IMG/VR virus record: IMGVR_UViG_3300011116_000547
Coordinates: 1 to 59,636 of that record
DNA: 59,636 nt
Strand: one strand, 5' to 3'
From: a virus
Lineage: Duplodnaviria; Caudoviricetes
Position 1 is the first letter of the stretch. Each line of letters begins with the position of its first letter. The notes under the pieces are model-generated. The model was not told where the DNA came from. It saw only the letters and a program-made list of their open reading frames with translations, and made no database searches. The position numbers and the translations under genes are program-made. This document shows positions 44,611 through 53,948 of the stretch, in pieces.

Positions 44611-47600
44611 ATGGCAACTTTTGATATATTTAATATAAAAGACGAAGAAGAAGAGAGTCTACAACCTGGAAGTATTGGAAATATTTTTGGAAGAGATTCT
44701 TCTGATGAAATATTACAACCTAGAGGATCTCCAACATTTACTGATTATCTTAGTGATACATTTTTTCAAGGACCAGCAAGAGGTGCTGGATTAGCAGCAA
44801 AAGCAATCTCTCAATTAGTTGCATCTGGTATTGATATTATTTTTGATACCGATACAGTAAATGGATTAGAAAATTTTTTTAGTGAAGGTTTTTTTAAAAT
44901 ACCTGAAACACAAACTACACTAGGAGATATTACAGCTACATTAGTTCAATACGGAGTTCCAGGTGGTGCAGCTACTAAAATAGCTCCCCTTATCCCTGGA
45001 TTAAAAGGTTTAAGTACTTTTACAAGATTAGATGCGATACCTAGTATTGCAGGTAAGGCAGGAGAAATAGCAAGAAGAGCTGGATACTTTGGAGCAATAG
45101 GTGGAGCAACTGATTTTGTAGTTTCTGATCCTGAAACAAATAAAACTCTTGCAGAACAACTTGATATTATAGAAGGGTATCAAGGTGAGGATTTAAAAGG
45201 TAGAGAAAAAGCAATTGAGTTAATTAAAAGTAAATTAAAATTTGGAGCAGAAGGTGCAACGATTGCAGGAGCAATTCCATTACTTCCTGTAGCAGGAACA
45301 TTAGGTTTTAGATATGGATTAAAACCAGCCGGTACTGCTTTAGCTTATGTTGGTGACAAAACAATAAGAGCTGTTGATTATTCTGTTATAAATCCAATAG
45401 GATCACTTATAGCTGGTAGAAAAATAGCTAATATTGATGTGCCTAAGCTTATTCCCAAAGCAATAGAAAAAATACAAAGTGGAATGGATGTCGTTGGTGA
45501 AAAAGCTGTTAAATTATTATTACCACCAAAAGACACTGCGTTAGGTAAAACTATAGACAATTCAATAGCTAAATTTAAAGAGTGGTTTACTAGTAATGGT
45601 GGTGTTAGACCAGAGTTTCTTGGTTTAAGGAACCAAATATTTAACAATGCAGATGTTAGGGGAAGAAATGCATTTAATACCTTCGCAGCTTTAAACAAAA
45701 CTTTAGAAGAAAATATAATTGGTAAATATTATAAAATTTTTAATGGAGGGGAATCTCAACAAATAATAAAACTAGAACAAAGTAAATTATTAGATTATTT
45801 TAATAACAATGGAATTATAACTCCAGTATCAAAAAAGAAAATACAAATTGATCCTGTAACAGGTGAAAAAAAAGTGATCTTTGAAAAAGATCCAATAACA
45901 GGTAAGAGATTAATTGAATACAAATATGAAGAAAGTGAAATTACTAAAGAAATATTAAAATCATTAGATCCTAATGTTTCTAAAGATGTAAAAGAATATG
46001 CAAAACAATTAAAACAACAGCTGTTGGATATACAGGCAGAACTAAGACCTTATATAAAAGGAGGTGATGTAAAACAAGAATTTGTAAATTATTTAGGAAC
46101 TTCTTTTAAACAAACATTGGCTTCTTTTAATAATGCTAGATTTAAATTTGATCCATTAAGAGAAAAAGCAGTAATTAATTTTTTTAAAGATGAATGGTTG
46201 TTAAGAGCACAAGATGCAAGAAAACCTGTTTTAGCTAAACTATCAAAGGAAAATAAAATTAACGAAGATGTTTTTACTAATATAAAAAATAAAAATGGAA
46301 CTATTAATGAAATATTAGAAGTTAATAAAAATAATTTAAACAATTTTAATAAAAAATATAATTTAGATTTAGATATTAAAAGTGTTGATGATTTTAAAAA
46401 AGCACTTACCGAAACAGCTGAAAATAGAGTTAGACAAATAAAAGCAGCTGCAATAGGAACTGACATAGATCCAAAAACTGTTTTTGGTAAAATATCTACA
46501 CAACTTGATATTAAAGGAAAAGAATCAATAACTAGTTTAAATAAACTTTATAATAAAATTGAAAGTTTAGGTGGTAAAGGAAAAACTAATTTAAGTTCTA
46601 TTGTTGATTATTTATCTATACCAAAAGGGGCTGAAGCTACTGTAAGAGGTAAAAAAGTTGCTATTCCAGATTCTGATTATAGTACAGGAATTTTAGGTAG
46701 TATTTTATTTTTAAATAAACAGGAAGCTTATAGAAGATTTTTTGATTCTTTAATTAAATTAAATGATAATTTACCAGTTGGTAAAAAATTAATTTATACA
46801 GCCGATGAAGCAGTTGAGTTTGTAAATACAGAGAATTTAAAAAATATAACTTTTAAAAATAAAGAATTTGCAGAGAATGTATATGATGTTAAATTATTAA
46901 AAGGTGGTAAACTAGATGAGACTACAAACGAAATAATTGGAAAATATCAAGCAAGACCAGAAATAGTAAATGCTTTAAGAGGAACTGATGCGGTATTTTC
47001 TGGATTATACGATAGTTCTCTTTACGCTAATTTCATGAAATTAAAAGCAGTAGCTCAAGTTGGAGGAACAATATTTTCTCCAGTAGCTCAAGTAAGAAAC
47101 GTAACCGGTAACGCATTTATTGCATTAGTTAATGGTTTATATGGAGGATCAACTTCTTTAAAAGATAGTTTTAAAATCATAACGCAAGACATATTTAAAG
47201 GAGCAAAAATAAATCCAAAAGCACTTCAAGATAAAATTGATGATTTAGTAAGAAGAGGGATCATTGATCAAAACGTTCAAGTTCAAGAATTAAAACAATT
47301 ATTTGATCAAGCTAATAAAGGTAAGATTAGTTTAGAAACTTTTATGAATAATGAGTACGTTAAAAAAGCAATTGATATTTATCAAGGTGCCGATAGTGGT
47401 TGGAAAATATTTGCAGATTCTTTTTATCAAGATGCATTTAAAACAGCTTTAAGATCTGGAGATCCTTCTTTATTAAAAAAAGGAACAAAAGCTTATGATG
47501 ATTTTATGAGAGAAACTAAAGATTGGTATAGAACAGTTGCAAAACAAGAGTTTGATCCTACTAATTATTTAACAGGATTAGAAAAAACTCCACAAGATAT

Positions 47601-49131
47601 AGTTGGTGAAATGTCTTCGTTTTTAGTTAGAAACACTATGCCTACTTACAGTCAAGTTCCTAAAGCAGTAAGAGGACTTAGAAATTTACCTATTGGTAAC
47701 TTCGTATCTTTTCCAGCAGAAATACTTAGAAATAGTGCAAACATAATTGCTATTGGAGCAAGAGAACTTACAAGTACAAATCCATTTATTAGACAAATGG
47801 GAGCAAGAAGATTAATGGGAGCTGCCGCTGGATTTGGAGGATTAGGATATACTGTTCAAAAAACAGCAGAAGCTTTGACAGGTGTAGATGAAGAAAAAAT
47901 GGAAGCTTATCAAAGATCATTTGCTCCATCTTATCAAAAAAATTCAACATTAGTTCCAGTTACTACGATAGATGAAAATGGTAATTTTAAATATTATAAT
48001 TTTTCTTACACTAATCCATATGACACTTTATTAAGACCAATTAATGCAGTTTTAAATGCATTTGCTGATGGATCATTAAATAATGAAAGTGTTGATAAAA
48101 TAATAATGAACGCATTGTTCGGAGCACCAGGTGCAGGAAGATCTGGAGCAATTGGAGAATTCTTTTCACCTTTCGTTGATGAATCTATTGGAACAGAAAG
48201 AGTGTTTGATATTATTGCAAGAGGTGGAGTAAAAAGAGAAGGTGGTAAAGTTTTTTACCCTCAAGATGATATTAACACTGTTATTTCAAAAAGTATTCAA
48301 CATATTGCAGGTGGTATTGTACCAGGAGCTGTTAGATCTGCACAAAGAATATGGGAAGGTGCTACAGGTAAATTTACAGACGCAGGAACAATAAGAGACA
48401 TGGGAACAGAATTTACTGCAATAACTACAGGAGTTAGAATTGAAGATGCAAAACCATTTGCAAGTATGCCATTTATTGTTACTTCTTATAATAAAGATAA
48501 ACAAAATGTAGATAAAAAATTTGCGGAAATAGCTTATAGACCTTCTGTTACTGCAGAGCAAAGATTAGATGCATATAGAAATTATTTAGTTGAAGCTTAT
48601 GATTCTCAAAATAGAATGTACCAAGTAATACAAGACGGAATTAAGATAGGTCTTGATGAAAGGGATTTAAAAGAAATTGTTCAAAATAGATTAAATAATA
48701 AAAAAGAAACGGAGTCTTTATTTAATGGAATATATAAAGTTCCAACTTATAATGAAAAAGCATTTGATTCTATGATTAAAAGATTAGAAAGAGAAAATCC
48801 ATCTGCTGCAATAAAAGTTGATGAACAAGTAAATACAATTAAAGAAATATTTAATGATTTAAATAGGACATTTCAAAACTTTGATTTAGGTGGTTCAAAA
48901 GATAATTTTGAAAATATTATAGATAGAGAATTAACTCCTGGTGTTAGAGAAATAAGAAGACAACCTCAAACTATTAATTTAGTACCTACTGGCTCTTCTT
49001 CAAGAGTACCTGGAGTTCCTTTTACTATAAATACTCCTCCTGTTTCAGCTAATATAGTAAATGCTAATCAACAACAGCAACAACCACAAACATTTGGAGA
49101 ACGATTTGCTCTCCTATTCCCAAGAGGTTAA
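44611..49131 (+). CDS. Large internal virion/ejectosome protein (1506 aa)
   Basis: Last and largest gene of the ejection block; SP..QVRN, GNFVSFPAEILR. Confidence 0.72.
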   Translation: MATFDIFNIKDEEEESLQPGSIGNIFGRDSSDEILQPRGSPTFTDYLSDTFFQGPARGAGLAAKAISQLVASGIDIIFDTDTVNGLENFFSEGFFKIPETQTTLGDITATLVQYGVPGGAATKIAPLIPGLKGLSTFTRLDAIPSIAGKAGEIARRAGYFGAIGGATDFVVSDPETNKTLAEQLDIIEGYQGEDLKGREKAIELIKSKLKFGAEGATIAGAIPLLPVAGTLGFRYGLKPAGTALAYVGDKTIRAVDYSVINPIGSLIAGRKIANIDVPKLIPKAIEKIQSGMDVVGEKAVKLLLPPKDTALGKTIDNSIAKFKEWFTSNGGVRPEFLGLRNQIFNNADVRGRNAFNTFAALNKTLEENIIGKYYKIFNGGESQQIIKLEQSKLLDYFNNNGIITPVSKKKIQIDPVTGEKKVIFEKDPITGKRLIEYKYEESEITKEILKSLDPNVSKDVKEYAKQLKQQLLDIQAELRPYIKGGDVKQEFVNYLGTSFKQTLASFNNARFKFDPLREKAVINFFKDEWLLRAQDARKPVLAKLSKENKINEDVFTNIKNKNGTINEILEVNKNNLNNFNKKYNLDLDIKSVDDFKKALTETAENRVRQIKAAAIGTDIDPKTVFGKISTQLDIKGKESITSLNKLYNKIESLGGKGKTNLSSIVDYLSIPKGAEATVRGKKVAIPDSDYSTGILGSILFLNKQEAYRRFFDSLIKLNDNLPVGKKLIYTADEAVEFVNTENLKNITFKNKEFAENVYDVKLLKGGKLDETTNEIIGKYQARPEIVNALRGTDAVFSGLYDSSLYANFMKLKAVAQVGGTIFSPVAQVRNVTGNAFIALVNGLYGGSTSLKDSFKIITQDIFKGAKINPKALQDKIDDLVRRGIIDQNVQVQELKQLFDQANKGKISLETFMNNEYVKKAIDIYQGADSGWKIFADSFYQDAFKTALRSGDPSLLKKGTKAYDDFMRETKDWYRTVAKQEFDPTNYLTGLEKTPQDIVGEMSSFLVRNTMPTYSQVPKAVRGLRNLPIGNFVSFPAEILRNSANIIAIGARELTSTNPFIRQMGARRLMGAAAGFGGLGYTVQKTAEALTGVDEEKMEAYQRSFAPSYQKNSTLVPVTTIDENGNFKYYNFSYTNPYDTLLRPINAVLNAFADGSLNNESVDKIIMNALFGAPGAGRSGAIGEFFSPFVDESIGTERVFDIIARGGVKREGGKVFYPQDDINTVISKSIQHIAGGIVPGAVRSAQRIWEGATGKFTDAGTIRDMGTEFTAITTGVRIEDAKPFASMPFIVTSYNKDKQNVDKKFAEIAYRPSVTAEQRLDAYRNYLVEAYDSQNRMYQVIQDGIKIGLDERDLKEIVQNRLNNKKETESLFNGIYKVPTYNEKAFDSMIKRLERENPSAAIKVDEQVNTIKEIFNDLNRTFQNFDLGGSKDNFENIIDRELTPGVREIRRQPQTINLVPTGSSSRVPGVPFTINTPPVSANIVNANQQQQQPQTFGERFALLFPRG

Positions 49132-49133
49132 TC

Positions 49134-49355
49134 ATGGCTAACGGAAAAGAACCAAAGACAACTGGCGAACATATTATAGCTCTTTATGGCCATATAACTG
49201 GCGTAAAAAGAGATTTAAAAGAACTTCGAGAAGAGTCTTCACAAATGCATGAAAAGTTTGAAAGAAAGTTTGATGCTTTAACTTGGTGGATCATTGCAGG
49301 ACTAGGATCAACTATAGCACTTCTACTCACATTAGCTTTTAATTTAATAAAATAA
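49134..49355 (+). CDS. Coiled-coil protein with C-terminal TM helix
   Basis: GAGGT RBS; WWIIAGLGSTIALLL. Confidence 0.68.
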   Translation: MANGKEPKTTGEHIIALYGHITGVKRDLKELREESSQMHEKFERKFDALTWWIIAGLGSTIALLLTLAFNLIK

Positions 49356-49394
49356 ACTATTGATTATAGTTTTAAAAAACTATATTAGGCGTTT

Positions 49395-49967
49395 ATGAAT
49401 AAACTTTTAGTACATAAACATTTAATTGTTCGTGCCGAAGCTAAAAATCCTCCAATGGATGTTGCTGTTCTTCGTAAATGGTTTCAAAAATTTATAAATG
49501 AAATTGGAATGAAAGTGATGATGGGTCCTTATATTAAATATTCTCACATGGTGGGTAATCGTGGTATTACTGGAGCTGCAATCATAGAAACTTCCCACAT
49601 AGTAATGCATGTATGGGACGAACCTGACCCCGCCTTATTACAATTTGATGTTTACTCTTGTGGTGAATTTGATCCTGAAACAATATGCAATAAGATAAAG
49701 AAAGATTTTAATACAACAAAAATAGAATATAAATTTTTAGATCGTGAACATGATCTACAAGAAATACACACTTTAACATACACAGATCCAATAGTTAAAA
49801 ATTATGAAAATAAAGAAATAGAAAAGAAAAATAATGCATTACTAAAAAGTAGAAAAGAAGTCGAGATTAATGGAAGTGGTACACATGGATATAGAATTAA
49901 AGAAGGTGTTCATAAAGGCACAGTTGTTGGCCATATTACAAGAGAAAAATCTGTACTTGAAAATTAA
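49395..49967 (+). CDS. speD: Pyruvoyl-dependent S-adenosylmethionine decarboxylase family proenzyme
   Basis: HLI, GITG..IIETSHIVMHVWDE, FDVYSCG; substrate not certain. Confidence 0.8.
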   Translation: MNKLLVHKHLIVRAEAKNPPMDVAVLRKWFQKFINEIGMKVMMGPYIKYSHMVGNRGITGAAIIETSHIVMHVWDEPDPALLQFDVYSCGEFDPETICNKIKKDFNTTKIEYKFLDREHDLQEIHTLTYTDPIVKNYENKEIEKKNNALLKSRKEVEINGSGTHGYRIKEGVHKGTVVGHITREKSVLEN

Positions 49968-49983
49968 TAAATAATCATTATAT
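49956..49983 (+). promoter_or_regulatory. Possible RpoH (sigma32)-type promoter for hsp20
   Basis: CTTGAA-N15-ATTATAT upstream of hsp20. Confidence 0.45.
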
Positions 49984-50042
49984 ATTCCCTTGGTTGCATC
50001 ATGTGGATGGACCAATTAACTTGCTTAACAAAGGAGATAATT

Positions 50043-50465
50043 ATGACAAACCTAGAAGTTTTCAATAATTTAAGCAAACAAATGTTCAATGGATCAACAA
50101 AGTTTTTTGATGATGCATTTGAAAATATTTTTGACACGTGGTCAAAAGTACAATCATTCCCTTTCTATAACGTAGTAAAATACTCAAAAGGTAAATACGG
50201 ATTAGAAATCGGTTTAGCTGGCTACAATAAAGAGAATGTACTTGTAGAAGTTAAAGACGGTATCTTAACAGTAGAAGGAAAAGTAGATAATAAAAATGTA
50301 GACTATATTAAACAAGGTCTAGCATTTAGACAATTTTTCAAACAGTTTGAATTAGCTAAAGATGTAATAGTTGATGAAGCTGAAATGAAAGATGGTTTAC
50401 TTAAAATTAAATTTGGTTTTAACGAACCTAAAGAAATTGAAGGCGTTAAAATAAACATTAAATAA
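50043..50465 (+). CDS. Small heat-shock protein Hsp20
   Basis: FPFYNV..LAGY..LTVEG..GLAFRQF..F.L..AEMKDGLLKI; AAGGAG RBS before 50043. Confidence 0.9.
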   Translation: MTNLEVFNNLSKQMFNGSTKFFDDAFENIFDTWSKVQSFPFYNVVKYSKGKYGLEIGLAGYNKENVLVEVKDGILTVEGKVDNKNVDYIKQGLAFRQFFKQFELAKDVIVDEAEMKDGLLKIKFGFNEPKEIEGVKINIK

Positions 50466-50578
50466 TGAGTATACCTTTACAACTTTTATTTATTTTTACA
50501 GTTGCTGCGGTAATTGTATTTTTAATTATCTACAATAATTATAAATAATGTTCCCTTATAACGAGGAGGAGTGGAAGT

Positions 50579-52021
50579 TTATATCCACTCCTTCAACTCT
50601 TCACCCATAACTTGAGAAGCAATATCAATCTTCTTACGTAAAGCTTTTACAATTTTTTCATCAACTGTATCTTGTGCTATAATATCAATGTAAGTCATTT
50701 TTCTAACCTGACCGTGTCTATTAATTCTAGCTTCTGATTGAGTTCTTTTTTCTAAATCATAACCATTAGAATAATAAATCATTGTATTAGCTTCTGTTAA
50801 TGTAATTCCATATCCACCAGTTTGAGGTGTACCAATTAAGAATCTAACTTTACTATTTGGATCCTGTAATAGTTTAATATTATTTTGTCTTTCACTTTGT
50901 GGAGTATCTCCATAGTAAGTAACATAAGAATCCTTACCAAATTCTTTTTCAACAGCTTTAATAATAGCGTGAATATCATATCTATAATGAGCCCAGATAA
51001 CTGCTTTGTTTTCAACTTCCCTCAATATATCTATTAATGCATCTAATCTTTCATTTTTGATTTCTTTAATAGAACCATCATCGGCAGTAAAATGTCCACA
51101 AGTTATTTGATGTAATCTCATTAATTGAACAAGTGCTGTAGCTGTAGTCATTACTTTACCATCCATAGCAGCAAGAGCTATTTGTTTCATGGAATTATAA
51201 ATCTTTTTTTGTTCTGGACTTAATTGAATAATTCTTTTTGTAAAGACATAATCTGGTAAATCTAAACAATCTTCTTTTAAAACTCTATATGAGAATGGTT
51301 CAAGCTTTCTAGATAACTCATCAAGATTACGATAACCAACAACAAGTTGAATAGATCGTCCGCCAAAGTTAGCTGTCTTTAAAACTGCATAACGTGTTCT
51401 GAAAGCGTAATAAGAAGAGTAATCCAATAAATAAGGATCAAGGAACTCACATTGTTTATATAAGTCTAATGGAGATTTAGTAACAGGAGATCCTGTTAAT
51501 ATTCTTCTATATTTAGCTTGTCTACCTAAATTTACAATTGACTTAGTTCTAATAGCATCTGGATTTTTAATAGTAGTTGATTCGTCTATGGCCATTAAAG
51601 TTTTATGGCAACTTAAAAATGTTTCAGCAAATGACACACCATTTTTAGTAGATAGGGCTTCTACATTCATAATTAGTATATGAAGTTCATGTCCTGGTTC
51701 AAATAAAGGATCGGCTTCTAGTGCAACTATTTTACCACCTTTTATAAAAGAAGATTTCCATAAAACTTTTTTAACTTCTATATGACTTGGTAAATGAGTT
51801 GGAATTTCAATGTCACTCCATGTTTGATAAACACCTTTTGGTGCTATAATTAAAGCGCCATCAATCTTTCCTTTGTCATAAAGCATTGCGATATTGTCAA
51901 TAAGAACTTTTGATTTACCGGTTCCCATTTCCATAAAATAAGCAAATACTTCCTTATTCCAGGACTTTTCTAACGCAGTTATTTGATGCGCATATGGCTT
52001 TGTCTTAAACTTATAATTCAT
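50579..52021 (-). CDS. SNF2-family helicase
   Basis: MEMGTGKS, IDES, LTGSP, GGYGITLT, QSEARINR.GQ. Confidence 0.92.
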   Translation of the reverse strand: MNYKFKTKPYAHQITALEKSWNKEVFAYFMEMGTGKSKVLIDNIAMLYDKGKIDGALIIAPKGVYQTWSDIEIPTHLPSHIEVKKVLWKSSFIKGGKIVALEADPLFEPGHELHILIMNVEALSTKNGVSFAETFLSCHKTLMAIDESTTIKNPDAIRTKSIVNLGRQAKYRRILTGSPVTKSPLDLYKQCEFLDPYLLDYSSYYAFRTRYAVLKTANFGGRSIQLVVGYRNLDELSRKLEPFSYRVLKEDCLDLPDYVFTKRIIQLSPEQKKIYNSMKQIALAAMDGKVMTTATALVQLMRLHQITCGHFTADDGSIKEIKNERLDALIDILREVENKAVIWAHYRYDIHAIIKAVEKEFGKDSYVTYYGDTPQSERQNNIKLLQDPNSKVRFLIGTPQTGGYGITLTEANTMIYYSNGYDLEKRTQSEARINRHGQVRKMTYIDIIAQDTVDEKIVKALRKKIDIASQVMGEELKEWI

Positions 52022-52053
52022 ATAATTAACACTTTATCTTTCTATAAAAACGA

Positions 52054-52083
52054 ATTATAACATACTTACTATTAATTTGTCAA
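52054..52083 (-). promoter_or_regulatory. Promoter for SNF2 helicase
   Basis: Minus strand TTGACA-18-TATAAT with extended TG. Confidence 0.65.
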
Positions 52084-52093
52084 ATACGAAAGT

Positions 52094-52447
52094 ATGGAAA
52101 ATACCGTTTATATTATACAGGAATTACCTGGTACAAGGATTGGACAACCAAAATTTAATATTTTGGGAGCACAGAAATTTGGTAAATTAAAAACATTATT
52201 ACCAGAATATTCACAAATGATATTAAGTCCAGGACCATTAGTTGCAAAACTAAGATCATTATTAAAAGATTATACACCTAAGGATTATTTACTACTTACA
52301 GGTGATCCTGCCATAATTGGTGTAGCATGTTCTATAGTATCAGATATTACAAATGGCAGATATAATCTATTAAAATGGGATAGACAGGAACAAACTTATT
52401 ATCCCATAGAAATTAATTTATATGAGAAAGGAAATATTGAATCCTAG
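52094..52447 (+). CDS. Conserved hypothetical protein
   Basis: VYIIQE..A.KFG..DYLLLTGDP..LKWDR..Y. Confidence 0.78.
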   Translation: MENTVYIIQELPGTRIGQPKFNILGAQKFGKLKTLLPEYSQMILSPGPLVAKLRSLLKDYTPKDYLLLTGDPAIIGVACSIVSDITNGRYNLLKWDRQEQTYYPIEINLYEKGNIES

Positions 52448-52450
52448 ATA

Positions 52451-52479
52451 TTGACATAATAATAAAATTAATATATACT
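52451..52479 (+). promoter_or_regulatory. Strong sigma70 promoter for replication operon
   Basis: TTGACA-17-TATACT. Confidence 0.72.
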
Positions 52480-52533
52480 TCCAATTATGAAGTATAATAG
52501 AAAGAAAGATAACAACAAACAGAAAGAAATAAA

Positions 52534-53085
52534 ATGCAAAATATAAACTTTGAACAAGACCAAACAGAATCATTAACACAAGTTAATGACGCTAAAGTTT
52601 TATCTGATCAAGTAGTTAAATTAAAAAATCTTGAAGATAAAATATTACAAGCAGAAGAGAATTTAAAAAAATTAAAAGAGGAAGCAGATGTTCTATCAGG
52701 GGAAGTTATTCCTACTATGATGACTGAAATGAATATCTCAACATTGAAATTAGCAGATGGTACCGCTGTAGAAGTAAAACCCATCTACGGTGCTTCAATT
52801 TCCGCTGAAAGGAAAGAAGAAGCATTTAACTGGCTTCGTGAAAACGGTCTTGGTGACCTTATTAAAAATGAGGTTACGGTTTCTTTTGGCCGCAACGAAG
52901 ATAACAAGGCAATTGCTTATGCAAACCTTGCAGCAGAGAATGGATATCAACCAGCCCAGAGATTAAAGGTTGAACCCATGACTCTCAAAGCATTGGTCAG
53001 AGAGCGTATCGAAGCTGGGAAAGATATGCCCTCTGATCTATTTAACGTGTTCGCAGGAAACAGAACCAAAATAATAAGGAAATAA
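52534..53085 (+). CDS. Conserved replication-module protein
   Basis: Coiled coil; AFNWLRENGLGDLIKN; VEPMTLKALVRE. Confidence 0.8.
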   Translation: MQNINFEQDQTESLTQVNDAKVLSDQVVKLKNLEDKILQAEENLKKLKEEADVLSGEVIPTMMTEMNISTLKLADGTAVEVKPIYGASISAERKEEAFNWLRENGLGDLIKNEVTVSFGRNEDNKAIAYANLAAENGYQPAQRLKVEPMTLKALVRERIEAGKDMPSDLFNVFAGNRTKIIRK

Positions 53086-53087
53086 AC

Positions 53088-53900
53088 ATGAACAAAGCAC
53101 AAAGTACAATGGACCAAGGAACAAAAAAGTCCAATGCAGTAGCTGAGAAAGTAGCTGCAGGAGCTTTAGCTGTTAGCTTCTTTGAAGCAGATGCAGATAA
53201 AGGTCTAAGTAATATGGGTCATGAAGATCTAGCATTACCTTTTCTCAAAATACTAGGACAGTTATCTCCAGAAGTTAATAAGAGAGATGGTAAATATGTT
53301 CAAGGTGCAGAGCCTGGAATGATTTACAACTCTGTAACAGGAGAACTGTTTAATGGTGAAACAGGAATAGATGTCATTCCTTGTCATTACAAATTGGAAT
53401 ATATTGAATGGCAAGATAGAGGAGAAGGTTCTGGCGCTCCAGTTGGAATACACCCATCATCAAGTGACATACTAACAAAAACAAAAAGAGATGCTTCTTT
53501 TAAAGACAGATTACCAAGTGGTAATTATGTTGAAAAGACTGCAAGTCATTTCTTAATTGTATGTGGTCAAACTCCAACGACTGCTCTATTAGCTATGAAA
53601 TCTACGCAATTAAAGATTAGTAGAAAATGGAATAGTATGATGGCAAGCATAAAGATGAAAGGTAAAAATGGATTATTTACTCCGGCATCTTTTAGCCACA
53701 TTTATAAGTTAAGAACTGTACAACAGTCTAACGATAAAGGAACTTGGTTTGGTTGGGAAGTAAGTAAAGTAGGTCCTGTAGAGGATGCTTCTTTATATCA
53801 ACAAGCTAAGTCGTTTGCTGAAAGTGTTTCAAGAGGAGACATTAAAGTTAAACATGGTGAGTCCAATGGGTCTGAAAAGACTTCTGAAGCCCACTTCTAA
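53088..53900 (+). CDS. Putative single-stranded DNA-binding protein
   Basis: DLALPFLKILG.LSP, MKSTQLKISRKWN, NDKGTWFGW; short tail ending in F. Confidence 0.65.
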   Translation: MNKAQSTMDQGTKKSNAVAEKVAAGALAVSFFEADADKGLSNMGHEDLALPFLKILGQLSPEVNKRDGKYVQGAEPGMIYNSVTGELFNGETGIDVIPCHYKLEYIEWQDRGEGSGAPVGIHPSSSDILTKTKRDASFKDRLPSGNYVEKTASHFLIVCGQTPTTALLAMKSTQLKISRKWNSMMASIKMKGKNGLFTPASFSHIYKLRTVQQSNDKGTWFGWEVSKVGPVEDASLYQQAKSFAESVSRGDIKVKHGESNGSEKTSEAHF

Positions 53901-53909
53901 TTAATACTA

Positions 53910-53931
53910 GGGGCAAGGTAATACTTGCCCC
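53910..53931 (+). terminator. Stem-loop between SSB and primase
   Basis: GGGGCAAG-GTAATA-CTTGCCCC; lacks U-tract. Confidence 0.5.
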
Positions 53932-53948
53932 AAACAACAAGGGCATTT

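Noticed and set aside
45378-48561. Antisense ORFs inside the large ejection gene (and similar ones elsewhere)
   Set aside because: Expected shadow frames of long AT-biased genes; no RBS or recognisable motifs.
44611-49131. Virion RNA polymerase
   Set aside because: No convincing DxDGD or single-subunit polymerase motifs; RNTMPTY is only superficially motif-B-like.
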